From Squalus acanthias (lineage: Eukaryota): a stretch of DNA of 64,000 nucleotides. Positions 12,054 through 23,459 of this stretch are shown here, piece after piece. A program made the translations under genes and the position numbers. How positions within the stretch are numbered: the first letter of the stretch is position 1; each line of letters starts with the position of its first letter. The stretch is taken from positions 84,818,001 to 84,882,000 of the forward strand of contig CM059432.1 in assembly GCA_030390025.1 (NCBI GenBank), read 5' to 3'. The notes beneath the pieces are model-generated. The model saw only the letters and a program-made list of their open reading frames with translations. It was not told the DNA's origin and did not search any database.

Positions 12054-15000
12054 AGAAACATAGAAACATAGAAAATAGGTACAGGAGTCGACCATTCGGT
12101 CCTTCGAGCCTGCACCGCCATTCAATGCGTTCATGGCTGAACATGCTACCTCAGTACCCCATTCCTGCTTTCTCGCCATACCCCTTGATCCCCCTAGTTG
12201 TGAGTGTTATATCTAACTCCCTTTTGAATATATTTAGCGAACTGGCCTCAACAACCTTCTGTGGAAGAGAATTCCATAGATTCACCACTCTCTGGGTGAA
12301 GAAGTTCCTCCTCAGCTCAGTCCTAAATGGCTTCCCCTTAATCCTTAGACTGTGACCCCTGGTTCTAGTTTTCCCTACCATTGGGAACATTCTGCCCGCA
12401 TCTAATTTGTCTAAACCAGTCAGGATTTTAAATGTCTCTATAAGATCCCCCCTCATTCTTCTGAACTCCAGAGGATACAAGTTCAGTTGACCCAATCTTT
12501 CTTGATATGTCAGTCCGGCCATCCCAGGAATCAATCTAGTGAACCTTCGCTGCACTCCCTCAATAGCAAGAATGTCCTTCCTTAAGTTAGGAGACCAAAA
12601 CTGCGCACAATACTCCAGGTGTGGCCTCACCAAGGCCCTGTACAACTGCAGCATCACCTCCCTACTCCTGTACTCAAATCCCCTTACTATGAAGGCCATC
12701 ATTCCGTTTGCTTTCTTGACTGCCTGCTGCACTTGCATTCCCACCTTCAATGACTGATGTACCATGATGCCCAGGTCTCGTTGCACCTCCCCTTTCCCTA
12801 ATCTGCCACCATTCAGGTAATAGTCCGCCTCTCTATTTTTACCACCAAAGTGGATAACCTCACATTTATCCACATTGTACTTCATCTGCCATACATTTGC
12901 CCATTCACCCAACCTGTCCAAGTCACTCTGTAGCCTCCTAGCATCCTCCTCATTGTTCACACTGCCTCCCAATTTAGTGTCATCCGCAAATTTGGAGATA
13001 TTACATTTAATCCCTTCGTCCAAATCATTAATATATAATGTAAACAGCTGGGGTCCCAGCACCGAACCCTGCGGTACCCCGCTGGTCACTGCCTGCCATT
13101 CTGAAAAGTACCCATTTACTCCTACTCTTTGTTTCCTGTGTGCCAACCAGTTCTCAATCCACGTCAACACATTACCCCCAATCCCATGTGCTTTAACTTT
13201 GCTCACCAATCTCTTGTGTGGACCTTGTCGAAGGCCTTCTGAAAGTCCAAATACACCACATCTACTGGTTCCCCCCTGTCCACCCTATTGGAAACATCCT
13301 CAAAAAATTCCAGAAGATTTGTCAAGCATGATTTCCCTTTCACAAATCCATGCTGACTTGGACCTATCATGTCGCCACTTTCCAAATGGTCTGTTATGAC
13401 ATCTTTAATAATTGCTTCCATCATTTTACCCACAACCGATGTCAGGCTGACCGGTCTATAATTCCCTGCTTTCTCCCTCCCTCCTTTTTTAAAAAGAGGG
13501 GTTACATCGGCCACCCTCCACTCCATCGGAACTGATTCAGAGTCTAAGGAATGTTGGAAAATGATCGTCAATGCATCCACTATTTCCAAGGCCACCTCCT
13601 TAAGTACTCTGGGATGCAGACCATCAGGCCCCGGGGATTTTTCAGCCTTCAGTCCCATCAATTTTCCCAATACCTTTTCCCGACTAATAAGGATTTCCCT
13701 CAGCTCCTCCCTCTTACCAGATCCTCTGACCCCTTTTATTTCCGACAGGTTGTGTGTGTCCTCCACAGTAAACACCGAACCAAAGTACTTGTTCAATTGA
13801 TCTGCCATTTCCTTGTTCCCCATTATGACTTCCCCTGTTTCCGACTGCAGGGGACCTACGTTTGTTTTTACTAACCTCTTTCTTTTTACATATTTATAGA
13901 AGCTTTTGCTGTCCATTTTAATGTTCTCTGCAAGCTTCCTTTCATATTTTATTTTCCCTGCCCTAATCAAACCCTTTGTCCTCCTCTGCTGAGTTTTGAA
14001 GTTCTCCCAGTCCCCGGGTTTGCTGCTACTTCTGGCCAATTTGTATGCAACTTCCTTGGTTTTAATACTATCCCTGATTTCCCTTGTTAGCCATGGTTGA
14101 GCCACCTTCCCTTTTTTATTTTTACGCCAGACCGGGATGTACAATTGTTGTAGTTCATCCATGCGATCTCTAAATGTCTGCCATTGCCCTTCCACTGATA
14201 GCCCCTTAAATATCGCTTGCCAATTTAACCTCGCCAATTCACGCCTCATACCCTCAAAGTTGCCCTTATTTAAGTTCTGGACCATGGTCTCTGACTTAAC
14301 TGTTTCCTTCTCCATCCTAATGTAGAACTCCACCATACTATGGTCACTCTTCCCCAGGGGGCCTCGTACCACAAGATTGCTGATTAGTCCTTCCTCATTA
14401 CACAACACCCAGTCCAGGTTGGCCTCCCCTCGAGTTGGTTCCTCAACATATTGGTTTAGGAAACCATCCCTTAAACACTCCAGGAAATCCTCCTCCACCG
14501 TATTGCTTCCAGTTTGAGTAGCCCAATCTATATGCATATTAAAGTCACCCATGATAACTGCCGTGCCTTTTTTGCACGCACCTCTGATTTCCTGTTTCAT
14601 ACCCTCCCCCACCTCACTACTGCTGTTTGGAGGTCTGTACACAACTCCCACTAACGTTTTCTGCCCTTTGGTGTTCTGCAGCTCAACCCATATTGATTCC
14701 ACATCCTCCAAGCTGATGTCCTTCCTAGCTATTGCATTAATCTCCTCTTTAACCAGCAATGCTACCCCACCCCCTTTTCCTTTTATTCTATCCTTTCTGA
14801 ATGTTGAATACCCCTGGATGTTCAGTTCCCAGCCTTGATTGTTCTGGAGCCACGTCTCTGTAATCGCAATCACATCGTATCCGTTAACATCTATTTGCAC
14901 AGTCAATTCATCCACCTTATTACGGATACTCCTTGCATTAAGACACAGAGCCTTTAGGCTTGTTTTATTAACATCCTTTGTCCTTTTAGACTTATGATTT

Positions 15001-15704
15001 AGTATGGCCCTTTGTGTTTCTTGCCTTTGTTTACTCGGCCTTCCCCTATTGTTTCTCACCCTTCTAACATTTGTTTCTGACTGCATATTACTTCCCCCTG
15101 TTTCGCTACATAGGTTCCCATTCCCCTGCCATATTAGTTTAAATCTTCCCGAACTGCTTTAGCAAATATTACCCCGAGGACATCGGTTCCAGTCCTGCCC
15201 AAGTGCAGACCGTCCCTTTTGTACAGGTCCCACTTCCCCCAGAACTGGTTCCAATGCCTCAGGAATTTGAATCCCTCCCTCCTGCACCACTGCTCAAGCC
15301 ACGTATTCAATCTCACTATCCTGTTCTCTCTATTCTGATTAGCACGTGGCCCTGGTAGCAATCCAGAGATTACTACCTTAGAGGTCCTACTTTTTAATTT
15401 AGCTCCTAGCTCCCTAAATTCTGCTTGTAGGACCTCTTCCCGCTTTTTACCTATATCGTTGGTACCTACATGCACCACGACAGCTGGCTGTTCACCCTCC
15501 CTCTTCAGAATGTTCTGCAGCCGCTCCGAGACATCCTTGACCCTTGCACCAGGGAGGCAACATACCATCCTGGAATCTCGGTTGCGGCCACAGAAACTCC
15601 TGTCTATTCCCCTTACAATTGAGTCCCCTATCACTATAGCCCTGCCACTCTTTTTCCCGCCCTGCTGTGCAGCAGAGCCAGCCATGGTGCCATGAACCTG
15701 GCTG
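12054..15704 (-). mobile_element. CR1 LINE, 5'-truncated in ORF1; ORF2 with one frameshift at ~13210
   Basis: ORF1 esterase (GDSIVRG, HVGTND, DGLHL) 15134-~15700; ORF2 13203-15086 plus 12151-13209; tail of TTTCTATG repeats at ~12054-12075. Confidence 0.95.
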
Positions 15705-16068
15705 CTAGCAGCCCAAAACTGGGCACCCATGAGGTGTTGAGAACCATCAGCAGAAGCAGATTTGTATATTACCACAATCTGTAATCTCATGACCCCACAT
15801 AACCCTCACTCCTCTATCACCACCAAACCCAGAGACCAACTCTGGTTCAATGGGGAATGTAGAAGGGTGTGCCAGGAACAGCACCATGCATATCTTTGTA
15901 TGAGGCACCAACCTAGTGAAGCTCCAACACAAGGCTAACTGTATGCTAAACAACACTTAGGCTACAGACAGACCTAAGTAGTCCCACAACAAACAGATCA
16001 GTGCAAAAGTTCTACAGCCTTACCACATCCTGTCAAGACTGACAGAAGGAGAAGGCTGTAGCAACATA

Positions 16069-16612
16069 CCCAGAGACTTGAGCACAAAAATCTAGGCTGA
16101 CACACCAGTGCAGTACTAAGGGAGTACTGCACTGTCGGAGGTGCCGTCTTTCGGATAAGACGTTAAACTCTCAGGTGGATGTAAAAGATCCCATGGTACC
16201 AATATTCCCTTTAAGCTGCGCGGCCGCGCAGTGCTCAAGGGATCCCGCACAGCCAGCTTGCCGGCTTTTCAGTGCATAAACCGCATGCATGGTATTTCGA
16301 ATGGGCCATGCAGCCCCTGAAAGGGGCCATGCGGCGCCAAACAAAATTACAGGGAACATTGTATGGCACTATTCGAAGAAGAGCTGGGGATTTATCCCTG
16401 GTGTCAAGGTCAATATTTATCCCTCAATTAACATCACTAAAAATAGATTATCTGGTCATTATATGTGTGGGAGCTTGCTCTGCGCAAATTGGTTGCTGCA
16501 TTTCCTACATTACATGAGTGACTACAATTCAAAAGTACTTCATTGGCTGTAGAGCGCTTTAGGATGTCCTGAGGTCATGAAAGGCGCTATATATATGCAA
16601 GTCTTTCTTTTT
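16069..16612 (+). mobile_element. Deu-domain SINE (SacSINE1/AmnSINE1-like), head truncated
   Basis: Core ggctgacacaccagtgcagtactaagggag...aaaagatcccatgg...aggcgctatatatatgcaag; matches copies at 32655 and 38950; family name from recall. Confidence 0.8.
16200..16361. mobile_element. hAT-type MITE inside the SINE
   Basis: TIR CAATATTCCCT / AGGGAACATTG; 8 bp TSD catggtac / tatggcac, both one change from the SINE's CATGGCAC. Confidence 0.8.
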
Positions 16613-17319
16613 TTCCCCTCAACTATGGCAGATCGCAATACGTGAGTGCAAGACACGTGGCTGAAGTATTTACAAATGTCTTAGTGCCAAGTAAACTATC
16701 GCACTCTGCCTCTTCCTGAGGTCCCCACCATCATCAGTGCCAGTGTCCAGCCAATTTAGTTCATCCCATGTGATAGTAAGAAGTGGTTAAGTGCACTTGA
16801 CATTTCACAGGCTAGGAGTCCTGACTACATCCTGGTAGGCCTCCCCACTCAATTTTCCTTCATTTTCCATTGTGATAGCTCCTCATTTCAGGTAGCTTTG
16901 TGAATGAAAATCCAGCACTAAAATTATTGTGCACATTGCATACCATAGCACACTTCCTGTAACTGTTTTATGTAACAGTTCCGGTATGACTTCTGTGTCA
17001 TTCTTAATCAAAGGCTCTCTTTACAAGGTAACCAGTCATCTCCCAGAAACAGTACAAATACAAATTTTTGTGTTACATTTTAAAAACGACATAAGTAAAA
17101 GAAAAAAACCCTGTAATTTCTTGCTGGTTTCTGAGAAACTTCCCCAGGAACAAAAATACCCTTAAATTGACCTCAGGGTTTGTCTATTTCTGATAATAAG
17201 ACCATGGCGCATTAAAGGATCATACGACAGTATACTGTGAACTATAACACCTGCTACTCTTATTTAACGAGAACAGTTGACACAAGAAATACTTTTATTT
17301 TCACCAGCTTGGCCTGATG

Positions 17320-17513
17320 CACTGCCTGAAAGGGAAGCAAATTCAATAGTAACTTTCAAAAGGGAATTGGATAAATGCTTGAAAAAGAAGAAATTTGCAG
17401 GGCTATGGGAAAAGAGTGGGGATGGGGAGGGAGACTAATTGGACAGCTCTTTCAAAGAGCTGGCACAGGCACCTGGGCCGAATGTCCTCCTTCTGTGCTG
17501 TGAGATTCTATGA
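17320..17513 (+). mobile_element. CR1 3'-end fragment
   Basis: tttcaaaagggaattggat...gggctatgggaaaagag...gggccgaatgtcctccttctgtgctgtgagattctatga resembles the CR1 ORF2 end and 3' UTR. Confidence 0.7.
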
Positions 17514-17606
17514 TGGACTTTCAGTTCGTTACAGCTAGTTGTTAAAAATCGAAGATCAGTATTTAGAAGAGAACCACACTTAAACTTTCCTTTATGTGCA
17601 TCTTAC

Positions 17607-17696
17607 CTGTTGTAAAATTTGATAAATCTCCTTACATACACCAAGAATGCTCATGGTAAATACAGCTATTGTACATATTTCATGAAATGAAGATTC
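17607..17696 (-). CDS. TRPA1: TRPA1 internal exon (S2), 90 bp
   Basis: ccacag|GAA...CAG|gtaaga; ESSFHEICTIAVFTMSILGVCKEIYQILQQ vs human ...KTCMILVFLSSIFGYCKEAGQIFQQ. Confidence 0.95.
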
Positions 17697-17787
17697 CTGT
17701 GGAAGGAACAACAAGTTGAAACTATTCAATGCCATGTTAGTATTCCATCTGACACAAGTATGAATAAACTTCAAGTATTTAAACATA

Positions 17788-18210
17788 AGGGTCTAGAAAT
17801 TCCACCCACTTGGGGCACGGAATTAGCCTAATTTGGGTGGGGGGGGAGGGATTTGGAGAGGAACCTGTTTCTGTTGGGTTTCTGCCCTGTTCTGAGAAAT
17901 TCCGATTGCCATTAGGAGAGTGGCACAGGAAGAACAGAAGAGCCTGCATTCAAAATTCTGAACTATGCAGACTTAGGCCAAACTGGCCTGAGAACCCCCA
18001 AAGGTTCTCCCCCAGCAAGGTACAGGTTCAAAATCCCATTGCCCCCATGGGGCAGGCACCCCAGTAATGCTGTGAACGATCGCCCACTATTATTATACAA
18101 ATGCCTCCATTCCCTAGATTAGAAGTGTGTCAGGCCAGGGCAGACAGGTAGGAAGAAGACTCACCCTGCCTCATTTCATTGGTGGAGCAAGGATTCCAGA
18201 ATTTCTAGGC
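17788..18210. mobile_element. Degenerate Harbinger-type MITE
   Basis: taa|GGGTCTAGAAATT ... AATTTCTAGGC|taa. Confidence 0.5.
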
Positions 18211-19549
18211 TAAGTTCTTTTGAGTTCTTCACTCATATTCTATACATCTTACCCAGCTTTTTCAGAAATAGATTATCAGAACGTACATAAAACTACAGAA
18301 ACATAATTAAATAGCTGATACCCAAGATATCAGTTCTGTTGGACTATTAAACTTTCAGATATTGTCCATTTATCTGAACCACTATGCTGTTCTGATTCCA
18401 AAGTCTTTTAAAGCTTATTTATATAAGGTTTTACTATTTTTTTTCCATGGACCTGAATTAGTGACCTGAAGTTATATGAATTGGTCTACTTTGTATTATT
18501 CAGGAACATATTAAACAGGTGCAAGTCCAGTACTCAGAATCCCAGGTATTCTCTTCATTTACATATACAATACAGATATACCTGCTCTGCTTCATGTCCT
18601 TTTAATTAAACCACTAGCCATAGGACTGCATGAGACTCCAGATATTAAGAAGATTGATGTACGCATCAGGATTATGGGTCAACTCCAGTAACAACATAAA
18701 CCTATGCCAGTTGCACAGGTTACCTTTGTATCTAGTTTCCCTGTTAATGGATAAATCAAGGTATGTATGTCTACAGCGTTTATTATCCATACCTAAGGGG
18801 ATTTGTGCGCATCTAATTATTCCCTACCAGCCGAACACCGTAAACTTGACTTGATCAAATGAACCACTCACTGCTCCATGGATGGCTTAGTGAATGTTAT
18901 TAAAATGAACTAATGAGGCTCAATTATTTATTCCATATGCTACGCCTTCCTATTCCTTCATATGGCTTTCAGGGTGGCACCATCATACTCTGTTTGGGAA
19001 GGCTTACAATGAGGTATCGGCCTGAAAACTTTGCTATTGTCATGGGAGAATTGGGAGCACTTAATCTGAAGGTAACATAGCTGCAGAGTATGGTGGCCTA
19101 AAGCACTAGAACACTGCACCACACGTGGTGGTCTGAGAAGATCAGACTTCCACTGCTCTTACACTGGTAAATGCATTTCCCAATGTGGAATTGAATCTGA
19201 TTGACATGGGAAATACCAAGTTTAAACCCCAGCCTATGCTGACTTAGATGATCTCAGGGAGTGTGACAAGAAGGGGTGCTTGGCTAGAGAGGGGAGAAAT
19301 CATCCAAGGCTCCTGCTCCTATCTGCTATCCAGTGCTCCTGCTGGAAAGTGTGTATATGTGGAGGTCAGATAATGATAGGATCATCCATCGCTGTGGTTC
19401 CTAGTCACGATTTAGGCTCACACATACGAATGCCGACTTGGCCAAGATATCAGCAGGCAGTGCCCATGGATATTCATCTCAATATGAGTCATTGAGGTAA
19501 CTGCATCAATGCACTGACAAATACACTGCATCAATGGCTACCACTATCA

Positions 19550-21170
19550 CAGGCACGAGCTTACTCCTGAGGTCCCTGCCATCACAGAAGCCAGTCTTCA
19601 GCATATTCGATTCACTCCACGTGATATCAAGAAATGGCTGAGCGAACTGGATACAGCAAAGGCTATGGGCCCCGACAACATCCCGGCTATCGTGCTGAAG
19701 ACTTGTGCTCCAGAACTAGCTGCACCTCTAGCCAAGCTGTTCCAGTACAGCTACAACACTGACATCTATCCGACAATGTGGAAAACTGCCCAGGTATGTC
19801 CTGTCCACAAAAAGCAGGACAAATCCAACCCGGCCAATTACCACCCCATCAGTCTACTCTCAATCATTAGCAAAGTAATGGAAGGTGTCATCGACAGTGC
19901 TATCAAGCGGCACTTACTCACCAAAAACCTGCTCACTGATGCCCACTCAGCTCCCGACCTCATTACAGCCTTGGTCCAAACATGGACAAAAGAGCTGAAT
20001 TCCAGAGGTGACATCAAGGCAGCATTTGACCGAGTCTGGCATCAAGGAGCCCTAGTAAAACTGAAGTCAATGGGAATTGGGGGAAAACGCTCCACTGTCT
20101 GGAGTCATACCTAGCACAAAGAAAGATGGTTGTGGTGGTTGAAGGTCAATCATCACAGCCCCAGGACATCGCTGCAGGAGTTCCTCAGGGCAGTGTCCGA
20201 GGCCCAACCATCTTCAGCTGCTTCATCAATGACCTTCCCTCCAACATAAGGTCAGAAATGGGGATGTTCGCTAATGACTGCACAGTGTTCAGCGCCATTC
20301 ACAAATCTTCAGATAATGAAGCAGTTCATGCCCGCATGCAACAAGACCTGGACGATGTTCAGGCTTGGGCTGATAAGTGGCAGGTAACATTCGCGCCACA
20401 CAAGTGCCAGGCAATGACTATCTCCAACAAGCGCGAGTCTAACCACCTCCCCTTGACATTCAACGGCATTCCCATCGCCGAATCCCCCACCATCAACATC
20501 CTGGGGTCACCATTGACCAGAAACCTAACTGGACCAGCCACATCAATACTGTGGCAACAAGAGCAGGTCAGAGGCTGGGTATTCTGCGGTGAGTGTCTCA
20601 CCTCCTGATCCCCAAAGCCTTTCCACCATTTTAAAGGCACAAGTAAGAAGTGTGATGGAATACTCTCCACTTGCCTGAATGAGTGCAGCTCCAACAACAC
20701 TCAAGAAGCTCGACACCATCCAGGACAAAGCAGCCCGCTTGATTGGCACCCCATCCACCACCTTAAACATTCACTCCCTCCACCACTGGCGTACCGTGGC
20801 TGCAGTGTGTACAGTCTACAAGATGCAATGCAGCAACTCGCCAAGGCTTCTTCGGCAGCACCTCCCAAGCCCGTGACCTCTTCCACCTAGAAGGACAAGG
20901 GCAGCAGATGCATGGGAATACCACTACCTCCAAGTTCCCCTCCAAGTCACACACCATCCTGACTTAGAAGTATATCGCTGATCCTTCATCGTCACTGGGT
21001 CAAAATCCTGGAACTCCCTACCTAACAGCACTGTGGGAGTACCTTCACCACACGGACTGCAGCAGTTCAAGAAGGCGGCTCACCACCATCTTCTCAAGGG
21101 CAATTAGGGATGGGCAATAAATGCTGGCCTTGCCAGCGACATCCACATCCCATAAACAAATTTTTTAAAA
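19550..21170 (+). mobile_element. LINE family B (CR1/Jockey group, clade not resolved), 3' part, copy 1
   Basis: RT fragments 19665-20876 (DIKAAFDRVWH, GVPQGSV, FAND); 3' end gggcaataaatgctggccttgccagcgac. Confidence 0.88.
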
Positions 21171-21174
21171 AGAC

Positions 21175-22068
21175 TGGCATCACGCGCAACTTAGAGGCTA
21201 GCTTAGATGAGGTCTCCTCACAGTAGGATGCACCGGGCACGAGCAGGCAGCAGCCACGCTGGATGGAAGGGACACCACAGGTGCCACCTTTCTGGGGGGC
21301 TAGGTCATATACTAGTTCTGCTGCAGAGGGTTCAGATGAGGACCTCGCAGGGCCAAGCTTCAGAATAAGGCTGATGGATGCAACGAACCAAATGCTTGTG
21401 TAATGGAGAGCCTGCATGAAAGCCTACGGGTCATGTCTAGGAGGATGGAGGAGTCCACCTCCACCTTGGTCCATGCATGGACGCAGAGCCTGGAACACAT
21501 CCTCTCCAGTGTGGAGAGGATGGTGACCTCCATCCAGTGACCTGTGGAGCCCGACATCATGCAGCATCTGAGGACTGATGTCGCAGCTTCCACTGTAGTC
21601 ATTGCAGCTTCCAAGGAGCGGCAAACTGCTGCAATGGAAGCTCGAGCAGCTGCCATGGTGTCTCTGGGCACCTCGGTTGAAAGGAGCTCGCAGACTGTCT
21701 CCGATGCCCACTGATCTGTCCTCCACCAGAACATTGGGTGGGGTGAACAGAGACCTGAGGTAGTGGTGTGAGAATCATGGAGCAGGGACCTCCAGCATTG
21801 CTGCTCTCTCCTCCGCCACTCCACCATTGCTCTTGCCGTTGCCTGTCAGCCAGGTGGCCTAGACTGCTGAAGCCCATGCTGAGATGGTGGAGTCTGAGGC
21901 GGGGCCATCATGGCCTACAGCCTCTCGAGGGCATCCCAGGAGGACATCTGAACTGCCCTCTTCAGATTCAGAGCAGCCATCCACCTTGCCTGCTGCTGCC
22001 ACTAGAGTTGCACTTTGTAAAAGCACTAGATTACGCAAGAGCACTTATAGATAGCCACCAGGGTGAAA
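21175..22068 (+). mobile_element. Harbinger Myb-gene last-exon remnant
   Basis: Resembles the C-terminal part of the 7923-8819 frame and the 35100-35530 remnant; heavily decayed. Confidence 0.6.
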
Positions 22069-23410
22069 AGTGATGGAAGGTGTCATCGACAGTGCTATCA
22101 AACGGCACTTACTCACCAATAACGTGCTCACGGATGCCCAGTTTGTGTTCCGCCAAGACCACTCGGCTCCTGACCTCATTACAGCCTTGGTCCATACATG
22201 GACAAAGGAGCTGAATTCCAGAGGTGAGGGGAGAGTGACTGCCCTTGACATCAAGGCAGCATTTGACCGAGTCTGGCATCAAGGAACCCTAGTAAAATTG
22301 AAGTCAATGGTAATCAGGGGGAAAATGCTCCACTGGCTGGAGTCATACCTAGCACAGAGGAAGATGGTTGTGGTGGTTGAAGGTCAATCATCACAGCCCC
22401 AGGACATCACTGCAGGGGTTCCTCAGGGCAGTGTCCGAGGCCCAACCATCTTCAGCTGCTTCATCAATGAACTTCCTCCAACATAAGGTCAGAAATGGGG
22501 ATGTTTGCTGATGACTGCACAGTGTTCAGCACTATTCACAACTCCTCAGATAATGAAGCAGTCCATGCCCGCATGCAACAAGACCTGGACAATGTTCAGG
22601 CTTGGGCTGATATGTGGCAGGTAACATTCGCGCCACACAAGTGCCAGGCAATGACTATCTCCAGCAAGCGAGAGTCTAACCACCTCCCCTTGACATTCAA
22701 TGGCATTACCCTCGCCGAATCCCCCACTATCAACATCCTGGGGGGGTCACCATTAACCAGATACTTAACTGGACCAGCCACATAAATACTGTGGCAACAA
22801 GAGCAGGTCAGAGGCTGGGTATTCTGCGGTGAGTGTCTCACCTCCTGACTCCCCAAAGCCTTGCCACCATCTACAAGGCACAAGTAAGGAGTGTGATGTA
22901 ATACTCTCCACTTGCCTGGATGAGTGCAACTCCAACAACACCCAACAAGCTCGACACCATCCAGGACAAAGCAGCCCGCTTGATTGGCACCCCATCCACC
23001 ACCTTAAACATTCACTCCCTCCACCACTGGCGTACCGTGGCTGCAGTGTGTACCATCTACAAGATGCACTGCAGCAACTCGCCAAGGCTTCTTCGGCAGC
23101 ACCTCCCAAACCTGCGACCTCTTCCACCTAGAAGGACATGGGCAGCAGGCGCATGGGAACACCACCACCTCCAAGTTCCCCTCCAAGTCACACACCATCC
23201 TGACTTAGAAGTATACCGCCGATCCTTCATCGTCGCTGGGTCAAAATCCTGGAACTCGCCAAGTTAACAGCACTGTGGGAGTACCTTCACCACATGGACT
23301 GCAGCGGTTCAAGAAGGCGGCTCACCACCACCTTCTCAAGGGCAACTAGGGATGGGCAATAAATGTTGCCCTTGCCAGCGACGCCCACATCCCACAAACG
23401 AATTTAAAAA
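22067..23410 (+). mobile_element. LINE family B, 3' part, copy 2
   Basis: ORFs 22070-22486, 22495-22785, 22920-23267; same 3' end as copy 1. Confidence 0.88.
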
Positions 23411-23459
23411 TGTTTAATATTTGTAAGTGATGTTTGTTCTGTCATGTTTACATATTTTG

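Larger units (their letters stand above)
11860..16835 (+). mobile_element. Old LINE family B fragment, split by a CR1, a SINE and a hAT MITE
   Basis: 11860-12053, 15705-16060 and 16620-16835 align in order with the family B copy at 39470-40230; boundaries approximate. Confidence 0.7.

Noticed and set aside
19150..19495. Possible old SINE-like repeat
   Set aside because: Looks repeat-derived but I cannot assign family or boundaries without a library search
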